DNA of 64,000 bases, taken from Patescibacteria group bacterium. Lineage in GTDB: Bacteria > Patescibacteriota > JABMPQ01 > JAQVVF01. The notes beneath the pieces are model-generated. The model was given only the letters and a program-made list of their open reading frames with translations, made no database searches and was not told the origin of the DNA. Made by a program: the position numbers and the translations under genes. Each line of letters begins with the position of its first letter. Position 1 is the stretch's first letter. The DNA is taken from positions 577,511 to 641,510 of the forward strand of contig JBAZSC010000001.1 of assembly GCA_041662665.1 (NCBI GenBank), read 5' to 3'. Shown here in pieces: positions 51,452 through 60,390 of this stretch.

Positions 51452-53056
51452 ATGCCTAATTTCTTACAACCAAAATTAATCTTAAAAATAACAGCAATTT
51501 GCCTTCTTTTTTATATTCTATCATTTTTTGCATACCTATTTCCCATTTTTAACAGCCTAATTTTTTGGTTAATTGTGATTGGAGCTTTTGCCTTAACAAT
51601 AAAAAAATTAGAATATGGCGTATTTATCGTTCTTACAGAATTGTTTATTGGCGTCAAAGGCTATTTATTTTCTTTTGATTTTGGCGGCAGATTTGTTCTA
51701 TCAATCAGAATCGCTCTTTTTGCAATGGTCTTTCTAATTTGGTTATTTAGAAGAGCAAAAACATATGAAGCAGGTAAATATAATTTTCTTTATTCAAAAT
51801 TTTTTGTTCCTTTTGCAATTTTCACTTTTTTTATTCTAATTGGTTTTTCAACTGGACTAATTAATGGCAATTTTGCTAAAAATATTTTCTTTGATGCTAA
51901 TGGATATCTTTATCTAGCTTTTGTTTTTCCAATTTTTGATATTATTCATAATAAAATTAAAGTTAGAAAACTAATTCAATATCTGGTTGCCGGAAGTTTG
52001 GCAATTACAATTTTAACTTTTTATGTTTCTATTGGCTTTACCATAATGCATCAAGACGCAAGACCAGGAATGGCTGGAGCAAAATCAACAGAGCAAACAT
52101 TAGAATCAGAAGAAGCTGGAGAGTTTATGATTTCACACTCAATTTTTGCTAAAGAAGAATTAATGTCTCGTGCCTTCTTCAGAAATCTAGATACCCCAAA
52201 ACCATACATTTATCGTTGGACACAAGATACTGGAATGGGCGAAATATCATATTTGACAGGTCCATTTTTTCGTTTCTTTTCAGCTGGACAACTCTATTCA
52301 GCTTTAGTATTTATAATTCTACTGGCAAAATTTTTGCAAGACAAAAAATTACAATTTAAAAATAATATCTTCCAATTATTAATATCTGCTTTGTGCGGAC
52401 TTGCTGTTATAGTTGGTTTTTCAAGAAGTCTTTGGATTGGACTAGTATTCGCATTAATCTTTTTGCTTTTCAATCTTCCAAAAAGAAGAGCTGCAAAAAT
52501 TGCTCTCTATTCAATTGGCATAATTTCATTAATTATTATAATATTTGGAACATTATTGCCTCAAGTTTACGACGTAGTAGGCGATAGAGTCGCCAGTATT
52601 TTTCAGCCAAAAACAGAAGCTGCAGCCTCAAATCGTTATAATGTATTAACACCAGCTCTTCAAAAAATAAAAGAACATCCTATTTTAGGCTCAGGATATG
52701 GAACAACAATTGAATATACAAGCGTCGCACTTGAAAAATTTGGCACAGTCAGAGTTTTTTCATTTGAATGGGCTTATTTAGATACAATCATTGAAATCGG
52801 TATTTTAGGATTGCTTTCATATTTATGGTTTATTTTTTCAATCTTCAAAGATGGCTACAAAACAAAAGAAGAAGATAATAAAAAATTAGTCATTTGTTTT
52901 TTAACTGGAATTGTTTTAATATTATTTACTAACATTACAACTCCATTTTTAAATCATCCTTTAGGCATTGGATTTATTCTAATTACTGCTGCAATAATTT
53001 ACGCCTTAGAAAAAATTAAAGCTCAGACAATTACTAAATCAAGTTCAAAAGCCTAA
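51452..53056 (+). CDS. O-antigen ligase / Wzy_C family membrane protein
   Basis: GFSRSLWIG, HPILGSGYG, EWAYLDTIIEIGILG. Confidence 0.82.
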   Translation: MPNFLQPKLILKITAICLLFYILSFFAYLFPIFNSLIFWLIVIGAFALTIKKLEYGVFIVLTELFIGVKGYLFSFDFGGRFVLSIRIALFAMVFLIWLFRRAKTYEAGKYNFLYSKFFVPFAIFTFFILIGFSTGLINGNFAKNIFFDANGYLYLAFVFPIFDIIHNKIKVRKLIQYLVAGSLAITILTFYVSIGFTIMHQDARPGMAGAKSTEQTLESEEAGEFMISHSIFAKEELMSRAFFRNLDTPKPYIYRWTQDTGMGEISYLTGPFFRFFSAGQLYSALVFIILLAKFLQDKKLQFKNNIFQLLISALCGLAVIVGFSRSLWIGLVFALIFLLFNLPKRRAAKIALYSIGIISLIIIIFGTLLPQVYDVVGDRVASIFQPKTEAAASNRYNVLTPALQKIKEHPILGSGYGTTIEYTSVALEKFGTVRVFSFEWAYLDTIIEIGILGLLSYLWFIFSIFKDGYKTKEEDNKKLVICFLTGIVLILFTNITTPFLNHPLGIGFILITAAIIYALEKIKAQTITKSSSKA

Positions 53057-53065
53057 CACAAAACA

Positions 53066-53626
53066 ATGATCTTATCCGACAAAGACATCAAAAAAGCATT
53101 AGTTAATCAAGACATAAGTATTGATCCATTTGATAAAAAATACATTCAGCCAGCATCAATTGACTTACATCTAGACCGACATTTTTTAATTTATAACACC
53201 AGCAAAAATTACGTCATTGATCCAAAAAAGAAAATAGATACAATGATGGAAAAGATTTCTATCGAAAAAGATAATCCTTTTGTTTTACATCCTGGAGAAT
53301 TTGCTCTTGGAATGATCTATGAAAAAACAGGTGTTTCTTCATCATATGTCGGCCGTCTAGAAGGCAAGAGCTCAGTTGGCAGAATGGGCTTGCTAATTCA
53401 TGTCACTGCTGGCTTTCTTGATCCAGGAAATTCATTAAAAATGACATTAGAATTACATAATACAGCTAATCTACCAATTTTGTTATATTACAAAATGCCA
53501 ATCGCTCAAATGGCTTTCGAAAAATTATCATCTCCTTGCGATAATCCTTATTCAAAAAAGAATAACAATAAGTATGTCGGCGATCTCATGCCAAAAGCAA
53601 GTCAAATGTGGAAAAATTTTTGCTAA
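53066..53626 (+). CDS. dcd: dCTP deaminase
   Basis: MILSDKDI, IQPASIDL, LEGKSSVGRMGL, TAGFLDPG. Confidence 0.95.
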   Translation: MILSDKDIKKALVNQDISIDPFDKKYIQPASIDLHLDRHFLIYNTSKNYVIDPKKKIDTMMEKISIEKDNPFVLHPGEFALGMIYEKTGVSSSYVGRLEGKSSVGRMGLLIHVTAGFLDPGNSLKMTLELHNTANLPILLYYKMPIAQMAFEKLSSPCDNPYSKKNNNKYVGDLMPKASQMWKNFC

Positions 53627-53650
53627 AAAAAACAGTAGGAATTAAAAATC

Positions 53651-54703
53651 ATGAAAGTCACAATTTCGTTATTAAATTATAATAAGAAAAAATATCTTCC
53701 ATATTGTCTAGATTCAGTTCTTCAGCAATCACATCAAGATCTAGAAATATTTTTTGTAGATAATGCATCATCAGACAGTTCTTTTGAATACCTAAAAAGT
53801 TATGCTGAGCATAAATACCCATTAGCAAAAATAAATTTTATCAGAAACCAAGAAAATTTAGGATATTCAAAAGCACATAATGAAGTTATTAAAAAAGCAA
53901 CAGGTGAATTTATTTTTTGCTTAAATCCAGACATTATTTTAAACAAAGATTATATTAAAAATTGCCTAGAAATTTTGATGCAAAATCCAAAAATGGGTGC
54001 AATTACAGGAAAACTTTTTAAATGGGATTTTGCTCAAAATACAAAAACTAATATCATTGATTCCTGCGGACATAGAATTTTAAAAACACATCGCATTATA
54101 GAATGGGGAAGCAATCAAAAAGATTCTCCAGAATTTGAAACTATAAAAAAAATATTCAGCGTCTCTGGTGCGGCTCCAATTTATCGCAAAGAAGCACTTG
54201 AAAGTATAAAATTCAAAATTCCCCAAAATTCGAAAAATAATTCGCAAACATTCGAAAATAAATTTGAGTATTTCGACGAGTCATTTTTTGCCTACAAAGA
54301 AGACATTGATCTATCATGGCGCTTATTACATGCGGGCTGGGAAATCTGGTTTGATCACAAATCACATGCCTGGCATGACCGCTGGGAGACAGGAACAGGA
54401 GAAACAGCTCTAAAAACAGCAGAGCAAAGAAACAAAAAATCTGACTTAATTAACAAATTATCATACCGTAATCATTTATTATTGTTATACAAAAATGAAT
54501 TTGCAAGTAATTTCTTAATTTATTTCCCATGGATCTTCTTTTATGAACTTGGCAAATTCTTTTACACCTTATTCAGAGAACCAAAAAATCTATCAGCTAT
54601 AATTGAATTATTCAAACTCTGCAAATTGACCAAAGCAAAAAGAAATGCTATAATAAAAAATAGCAAGATCAAGCCAAAAGATATCAGAAAATATATCTAC
54701 TAA
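53651..54703 (+). CDS. Glycosyltransferase family 2
   Basis: VDNASSD, LNPD, FFAYKEDIDLSWR. Confidence 0.92.
   Translation: MKVTISLLNYNKKKYLPYCLDSVLQQSHQDLEIFFVDNASSDSSFEYLKSYAEHKYPLAKINFIRNQENLGYSKAHNEVIKKATGEFIFCLNPDIILNKDYIKNCLEILMQNPKMGAITGKLFKWDFAQNTKTNIIDSCGHRILKTHRIIEWGSNQKDSPEFETIKKIFSVSGAAPIYRKEALESIKFKIPQNSKNNSQTFENKFEYFDESFFAYKEDIDLSWRLLHAGWEIWFDHKSHAWHDRWETGTGETALKTAEQRNKKSDLINKLSYRNHLLLLYKNEFASNFLIYFPWIFFYELGKFFYTLFREPKNLSAIIELFKLCKLTKAKRNAIIKNSKIKPKDIRKYIY
54227..54269 (+). repeat. ATTCGAAAA-family element, in frame in CDS
   Basis: aattcgaaaaataattcgcaaacattcgaaaataaatttgagt (NSKNNSQTFENKFE). Confidence 0.82.
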
Positions 54704-54747
54704 TTTTAAAATAGAATCATTTTTACATAAAATTTAGACTTGAGATT

Positions 54748-55611
54748 ATGAAATACACAAAAGATCTCTCCATAATTATCATTAATTACAAAACGCCTTC
54801 TCACTTGAAACAGTGCATTAAATCAATCAGAAAACATGCTCCAAAAATGGAATATGAGATTATTGTTGTTGATAATAATTCTCAAGATATAACTGTCCAG
54901 ATGATCGAAGACGATTTTATGTATAATTATAAAAATCAAAAAATCAGCAACGTTGAATTAATAGCTAATGACAAAAATTTAGGCTTTCCAAAAGCCGTCA
55001 ATCAAGGCGTCAAAATGGCAAAAGGAAAATATATCTTATTGCTAAATCCAGATATTACTATTTTAGAAGATTCTCTTGAACAAATGATGGCTTATCTTGA
55101 AAAGCATCCAAAAGTCGCAGTTATAGGTCCAAAGCTCATTAATCCTAATGGCTCAATTCAATTATCTTGTTTCAATAAATTTACATCTCCAGAATTAGTA
55201 TTATATCGTCGAACATTATTTGGAAAAATGAATCATGCTAGAAAAATATTAGACGATTTTACTATGAAATCGTGGGATCATTCAACAGAAAAAAATGTCG
55301 CTTGGATTCTAGGCTCATGCATGCTAATCAAAAAAGATATAATCGACGAAGTCGGCATTATGGATGAAAGATATTTTATGTACATGGAAGATGTTGATTG
55401 GTGCCGAAGATTCTGGCAAGCAGGATATGAAGTAAAATATTATCCAAAAGTCAAAATGGTTCATTATTACGCCAGAGAATCTTCGTCTGAATCAGGATTA
55501 ATAAAAGCAATGCTCAAAAAACAAACCAGAACACACATTACATCTGCTTTAAAATTTTTTCTAAAATATTTTGGACAAAAAGATGAACAATATCAATCAG
55601 CCAGTAAATAA
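54748..55611 (+). CDS. Glycosyltransferase family 2 (WbbL-like)
   Basis: VDNNSQD, LLNPDI, YFMYMEDVDWCRR. Confidence 0.92.
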   Translation: MKYTKDLSIIIINYKTPSHLKQCIKSIRKHAPKMEYEIIVVDNNSQDITVQMIEDDFMYNYKNQKISNVELIANDKNLGFPKAVNQGVKMAKGKYILLLNPDITILEDSLEQMMAYLEKHPKVAVIGPKLINPNGSIQLSCFNKFTSPELVLYRRTLFGKMNHARKILDDFTMKSWDHSTEKNVAWILGSCMLIKKDIIDEVGIMDERYFMYMEDVDWCRRFWQAGYEVKYYPKVKMVHYYARESSSESGLIKAMLKKQTRTHITSALKFFLKYFGQKDEQYQSASK

Positions 55612-57520
55612 TAAACCAATTAACAACGAAATCAAGAAAAATAAAATAAAACCAATTCACATTACTTTAGGTATTATTGGTCTATTTTTGTTATTGATTT
55701 TAGGAAGTATCTATCCAGCTTTCGATGCCTACAAATATGCAATGCAAGGCAAACAAAATCTTCTTGATGCCGAAAATGCAATTAAAGACCAAAATTTTGC
55801 TCAAGCTGCAACAACATTAAAAAAATCAAGTGATAATTTCAGAAGAGCAAAAAATGACCTTTATTTTTTAGTCTGGCTAAAAATAATTCCATATGTCGGA
55901 ATTCAATACAGTGCAGCTGATCATCTTGTCAAAGCAGCATATAACATCACTTCAGGACTTCATGAAACAACTCTTGCAATCGAAAACATTATAAAACCAT
56001 TACAATCTGAAAATGTAAAATCAGTCAGAGCAGTTTCAGAAAATCAAAAAACAGAAATTATTAAAAATATTTATAATGCATCACCAAATTTTGCCGAAAG
56101 TTCAAGCAAAATTGAAATGGCTGAGATTGAAATAAATCGAATTCCAACTTTTTTAACGTTACAAAAAATAACTGATGCAAAAAAACAAGTTAATCAATAT
56201 TTGCCTCAAATCAATGAGATAATGAAACAGGTTGCGCAAGGCTCAAAATTATTGCCTGAAGCTTTAGGATATCCAAACGAACAAACATATTTATTTTTAT
56301 TAGAAAATAATTCTGAATTGCGTCCTGGAGGTGGCTTTATCGGAACCTACGGAATTATAAAAATAAAAGGCGGGGAACTGACAAAGTTAAAAACTGACAA
56401 TATTTACAATTTAGATTATCCATCAAAAATCAAAGTTACACCTCCATGGCAAATCCTAAAATACATCGATCCAAAATTAAAATCATTATATTTCAGAGAT
56501 TCAAATTGGTCGCCTGATTTTCCAACCAATGCCGAAAAAGCAATTTGGTTCTATCAACAAGAAGGTGGAGAAGAAAAAAATATTGATGGCGTAGTAGCAA
56601 TCACTCCAACTTTTATTGAATATCTTTTGGAAGTTATTGGGCCAATTAAAGCTCGAGATGAAACCTTCAATGCTGATAACATAACAGAAAAAGTTCAGCA
56701 AATTACTACTGGTGCTTACGAGGGAAAGGTTGTAATTTTAGAACAAAAAACAAGAAAAGGTATTATCGGCGATCTATCAAAATCTTTACTTGGAAAAATA
56801 TTTTTATTAAAAAAAGACAAGTGGCCAAATATGTTAAAAGCAATTCAAAAAGGCTTTCAAGATAAGCAAGCTCTTGTTTACTTTAAAGATAAAAATAAAG
56901 AAAAGATGCTCGAAAAAAATGATTTTGCCGGATCTGTAAATCAAGATACAAAAAACAGCGACTACTTAATGGTTGTTGATTCCAATATGGCTAGCTTAAA
57001 AACTGATCCATTCATGGAAAGAAATATAGATTATACTATTAAGCCAAATGGTCAAGCAAAAGTTGCTATTACTTACACAAACAATGCTGTTCCTGCATTA
57101 TTAACAACAAGATATCGATCTTGGACAAGAATTTATGTCCCAAAAGGCAGCGAATTTTTGAGTGTTGAAAATAATGAAAAAGGATTAGATCTTTACAACT
57201 CTGATCAAAGCTATGAAATAACGGAAGAATTAAATAAATCTGTTTTTGGAACTTTCATAAATATTGAAACTCAAGAAACAAAAACAATTACTTATAATTA
57301 TATTCTTCCAAAATACGTACAAGATCAAATTAAAAAAGGCGAGTACAAAATAATTGTTCAGAAACAAGCTGGAGTTGTAAATCAAAATTTAATTGTTAAT
57401 TACAATTCAACAAACCCAATAAAAAGTATTGAACCAACAAATTCTGGCAAGATTGAAAATAATTCGGCAATCTTTGAAACAAAATTGCAAAGTGACAAAG
57501 AATATACAATAAAATATTAA
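55583..57520 (+). CDS. DUF4012-family membrane-anchored protein
   Basis: YLFLLENNSELRPGGGFIG, FRDSNWSPDFP, IDGVVAI, IVQKQAG. Confidence 0.85.
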   Translation: MNNINQPVNNKPINNEIKKNKIKPIHITLGIIGLFLLLILGSIYPAFDAYKYAMQGKQNLLDAENAIKDQNFAQAATTLKKSSDNFRRAKNDLYFLVWLKIIPYVGIQYSAADHLVKAAYNITSGLHETTLAIENIIKPLQSENVKSVRAVSENQKTEIIKNIYNASPNFAESSSKIEMAEIEINRIPTFLTLQKITDAKKQVNQYLPQINEIMKQVAQGSKLLPEALGYPNEQTYLFLLENNSELRPGGGFIGTYGIIKIKGGELTKLKTDNIYNLDYPSKIKVTPPWQILKYIDPKLKSLYFRDSNWSPDFPTNAEKAIWFYQQEGGEEKNIDGVVAITPTFIEYLLEVIGPIKARDETFNADNITEKVQQITTGAYEGKVVILEQKTRKGIIGDLSKSLLGKIFLLKKDKWPNMLKAIQKGFQDKQALVYFKDKNKEKMLEKNDFAGSVNQDTKNSDYLMVVDSNMASLKTDPFMERNIDYTIKPNGQAKVAITYTNNAVPALLTTRYRSWTRIYVPKGSEFLSVENNEKGLDLYNSDQSYEITEELNKSVFGTFINIETQETKTITYNYILPKYVQDQIKKGEYKIIVQKQAGVVNQNLIVNYNSTNPIKSIEPTNSGKIENNSAIFETKLQSDKEYTIKY

Positions 57521-57537
57521 AATGTGCAAATATTAAA

Positions 57538-57593
57538 TTTAACAATTATCAGTTACGTGTTAACTGTTAATTGTTAACTGTTAATTGTTAACT
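57538..57593 (+). repeat. 7-mer tract (TGTTAAY units)
   Basis: gtgttaactgttaattgttaactgttaattgttaact. Confidence 0.8.
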
Positions 57594-57595
57594 TC

Positions 57596-58822
57596 TTGTA
57601 CAAACAACAACCGCAAAAAAATAAAAGTCTTCGAATATATTTAATATTGATAGCAATTCTTGCTAGTTTTACGATTGGTTTATTCGTTGGCAGAAGTAGG
57701 GCAGTCACTCAAAATACAGCACGACAAATAGATCAAGTAGAAAACAAATACACTAATCAAACTGGCGGTAAAGTTGACTTTAAAATATTTTGGGATGTTT
57801 GGGATTTACTTCAACAAAAATTTATTCATCAGCCTCTTGATTATAAAAAAATGGTTTATGGCGCAATTTCAGGTATGGTTAATTCTCTTGATGATCCTTA
57901 TACTGCCTTTTTTGATCCTGAACAATCCAAAGAATTTATGGACGAAATCGAAGGAAATCTCGAAGGTATAGGAGCAGAATTAGGCATAAAAAATGACGTT
58001 TTAACAGTTATTGCGCCTCTTTCAGGCTCTCCAGCAGAAAAAGCAGGTTTAAAACCAAATGATGTTATCCTTAAAATAAATGACGAAGTTGCCACAGAGA
58101 TGTCTTTGCAAGAAGCAGTATCAAAAATTAGAGGTACAGAAGGAACACAAGTAAAACTTACGGTTCTTCATGAAGGCGACAAAGAACCAAAAGAGATTAC
58201 TGTAACAAGACAAAAAATTACTGTTAAAAGTGTAGAATGGTCCTTAAAAAGTAATAACATTGCTTACATTAAACTTGGTTATTTTGGAAAAGATACAGCT
58301 TCAGATTTTCAAAATGCAGTTTCACAAATTTTACCACAAAATCCTAAAGGCATTATTTTAGATTTAAGAAATAATTCTGGCGGATATTTAGACAGCTCAA
58401 TAGATATTATCAATTTCTTTGTTCCAAAAGGAAAAATCGCAGCAATTGAATCATTTAGCGATGGCACAAAAGAAGAATTCAAAACAAAATCAAATGCGCC
58501 ATTAGAAAATATTCCAGTAATTGTTTTAATCAACAATGGATCTGCTAGTGCATCAGAAATCGTTGCTGGAGCATTAAGAGATATTAGACAAATCAAATTA
58601 ATAGGTGAAAAATCATTCGGCAAGGGCACTGTTCAACAACTAGAAGATTTAAAAGATGGCTCATCAGTCAAAATCAGCATTGCAGAATGGTTAACTCCTA
58701 ATGGCACAAGTATTAATAAAAAAGGGTTAGAACCAGATATCAATGTAAAATTAACTGAAAAAGATTATAACGAAAACAAAGATCCGCAGTTAGATCAAGC
58801 AATTCAAGAATTAACAAAATAA
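57596..58822 (+). CDS. ctpA: Carboxyl-terminal processing protease (S41A, PDZ)
   Basis: LDDPYT, GIGAEL, LDLRNNSGG, GSASASEIVAGAL, SFGKGTVQ; TTG start uncertain. Confidence 0.92.
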   Translation: MYKQQPQKNKSLRIYLILIAILASFTIGLFVGRSRAVTQNTARQIDQVENKYTNQTGGKVDFKIFWDVWDLLQQKFIHQPLDYKKMVYGAISGMVNSLDDPYTAFFDPEQSKEFMDEIEGNLEGIGAELGIKNDVLTVIAPLSGSPAEKAGLKPNDVILKINDEVATEMSLQEAVSKIRGTEGTQVKLTVLHEGDKEPKEITVTRQKITVKSVEWSLKSNNIAYIKLGYFGKDTASDFQNAVSQILPQNPKGIILDLRNNSGGYLDSSIDIINFFVPKGKIAAIESFSDGTKEEFKTKSNAPLENIPVIVLINNGSASASEIVAGALRDIRQIKLIGEKSFGKGTVQQLEDLKDGSSVKISIAEWLTPNGTSINKKGLEPDINVKLTEKDYNENKDPQLDQAIQELTK

Positions 58823-58831
58823 CTTTTCATT

Positions 58832-59026
58832 ATGCCATGCCTCAAATGCGGTGAATGCTGCAAAACATTATATTGGTCAGATAGGATAAAAATTTCCTTA
58901 AAAACAAAAAAAATCATGATCTCTAAAAAATGCGGATTTTTAGACAAAAATAATTTATGTACCATACACGCTATAAGGCCAGATGTATGCAAAAATTGGC
59001 GCTGTGGCGCATCAATACAAAAATAA
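58832..59026 (+). CDS. YkgJ-like cysteine cluster protein
   Basis: CLKCGECC...CGFL...CTIHAIRPDVC. Confidence 0.8.
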   Translation: MPCLKCGECCKTLYWSDRIKISLKTKKIMISKKCGFLDKNNLCTIHAIRPDVCKNWRCGASIQK

Positions 59027-59038
59027 TTCAATTCAAAA

Positions 59039-59245
59039 ATGATAAAAAACTTAATAAAAAAGCATCAAAATATTCATTCAATATTAGTTGGCATGGCCTT
59101 AATCTTCTTTTGGCGAGGTATTTGGATTCTCACGGAAATGTATCTTTTTCCGAATAATCACACCTTAAGCGCAATAATTTGTATTGTAGTAGGGCTTTTT
59201 ATCCTTTACATAGATGACCGCAAATTTAAAGAATTAAATATCTAA
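59039..59245 (+). CDS. Small two-TM hypothetical protein
   Basis: FFWRGIW motif, hydrophobic. Confidence 0.7.
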   Translation: MIKNLIKKHQNIHSILVGMALIFFWRGIWILTEMYLFPNNHTLSAIICIVVGLFILYIDDRKFKELNI

Positions 59246-59248
59246 AAT

Positions 59249-59479
59249 ATGCGTAAATTTCATCAAACCTTCAAACCTGTCAGACAAGCAGGTAGATTAT
59301 TCTTTAGAAAAGAAACTCCTTTTTTATATAAGCTTATACCAATAGGTGCAATTTTATACATTATTTTTCCTCTAGATTTTATTACTGATGTAATTCCAGT
59401 TTTAGGTCAAATAGATGACTTGGGAATCCTTGCAGGATCGATTGGTCTCTTTAATTCTCTTGCCAAAAACAAAAATTAA
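59249..59479 (+). CDS. DUF1232/YkvA-family protein
   Basis: YIIFPLDFITDVIPVLGQIDD. Confidence 0.85.
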   Translation: MRKFHQTFKPVRQAGRLFFRKETPFLYKLIPIGAILYIIFPLDFITDVIPVLGQIDDLGILAGSIGLFNSLAKNKN

Positions 59480-59494
59480 GTATATTATAATTTA

Positions 59495-59770
59495 ATGTAT
59501 AAAAGATTAGAACTAATCATTTCTGGAAAAGTCCAAGGCATTTTTTTTCGACAATTCGTCAAAGAGAATGCTGTTCATTTAAATCTGAAAGGTTCCGTCG
59601 AAAATAGAACTGATGGAACAGTCAAAGTAATTGTCGAAGGAGAAGAAAATAATCTCGAAAAATTGATTGAGCTTTGTGAGATAGGTCCGAAACAAGCATT
59701 TATCGAAAACATTGAAATCAGTTGGTCAGAACCAACAAATGAGTTTAAAGAATTTATTATAAAATATTAG
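59495..59770 (+). CDS. acyP: Acylphosphatase
   Basis: ISGKVQGIFFR, GSVENRTDGTV. Confidence 0.92.
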   Translation: MYKRLELIISGKVQGIFFRQFVKENAVHLNLKGSVENRTDGTVKVIVEGEENNLEKLIELCEIGPKQAFIENIEISWSEPTNEFKEFIIKY

Positions 59771-59776
59771 TTTGTA

Positions 59777-59800
59777 TAAACTGTTAACTATTAACTATAA
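59777..59800 (+). repeat. Short 7-mer tract (TTAACTR units)
   Basis: taaactgttaactattaactataa. Confidence 0.5.
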
Positions 59801-59805
59801 TCACG

Positions 59806-60252
59806 ATGAAAGTTGTATTAAAAAAAGATGTTGAAAAATTAGGTTTTGCTGGAGAAATAAAAGAAGTTACTTTAGGTTATGGTAAGAATTTTTTGTTACC
59901 ACAAAAATTAGCTGTTTTAGCTACTGAAAAAGAAATTCAGATTGCTAAACAAATGCAAGCAGAAATTAAAAAAAGAAAAGAAGAAGCTTTAAAACAAGCT
60001 AAAGATCTAGCTGAAAAGATTAACCAAAAAGAAATCAAAATTTCTTCAAAAGCTAATGAAGAAGGAATTTTATTTGGCTCTATCACTGCAAAAGACATTT
60101 CAGAAAATATCAAAGAACAATTAAAATTAGATATTGATGAAAAAGTAGTCGCTCTTGCTTCTGCAATCAAAAATACAGGCGAGTACGAAGTCAAACTAAA
60201 ATTTGCACCTGAAATCTCAGCTGACATTAAAGTTATTGTCGTTAAAAAATAA
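59806..60252 (+). CDS. rplI: 50S ribosomal protein L9
   Basis: MKVVLKKDVEKLG...GYGKNFLLP, LFGSIT. Confidence 0.95.
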   Translation: MKVVLKKDVEKLGFAGEIKEVTLGYGKNFLLPQKLAVLATEKEIQIAKQMQAEIKKRKEEALKQAKDLAEKINQKEIKISSKANEEGILFGSITAKDISENIKEQLKLDIDEKVVALASAIKNTGEYEVKLKFAPEISADIKVIVVKK

Positions 60253-60337
60253 AATAACAAAATTTTAAAATATTTATAGGCAAGAATAATTAAATCAAAT
60301 TTATTATTCTATAAATAAACATTACGACTATTCAAAT

Positions 60338-60390
60338 AATTTGCATATTCGCTAGATTTGCATTATTTGTATATTCGTATTATATTTTCA
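60338..60390 (+). repeat. ATTYG-family element
   Basis: aatttgcatattcgctagatttgcattatttgtatattcgtattatattttca. Confidence 0.8.

Noticed and set aside
59275-59293. ACCTGTCAGACAAGCAGGT (PVRQAG) as another in-frame palindromic insert
   Set aside because: It resembles CCTGCC...GGCAGG-type repeats but is short, imperfect and single-copy here, and could be ordinary coding sequence
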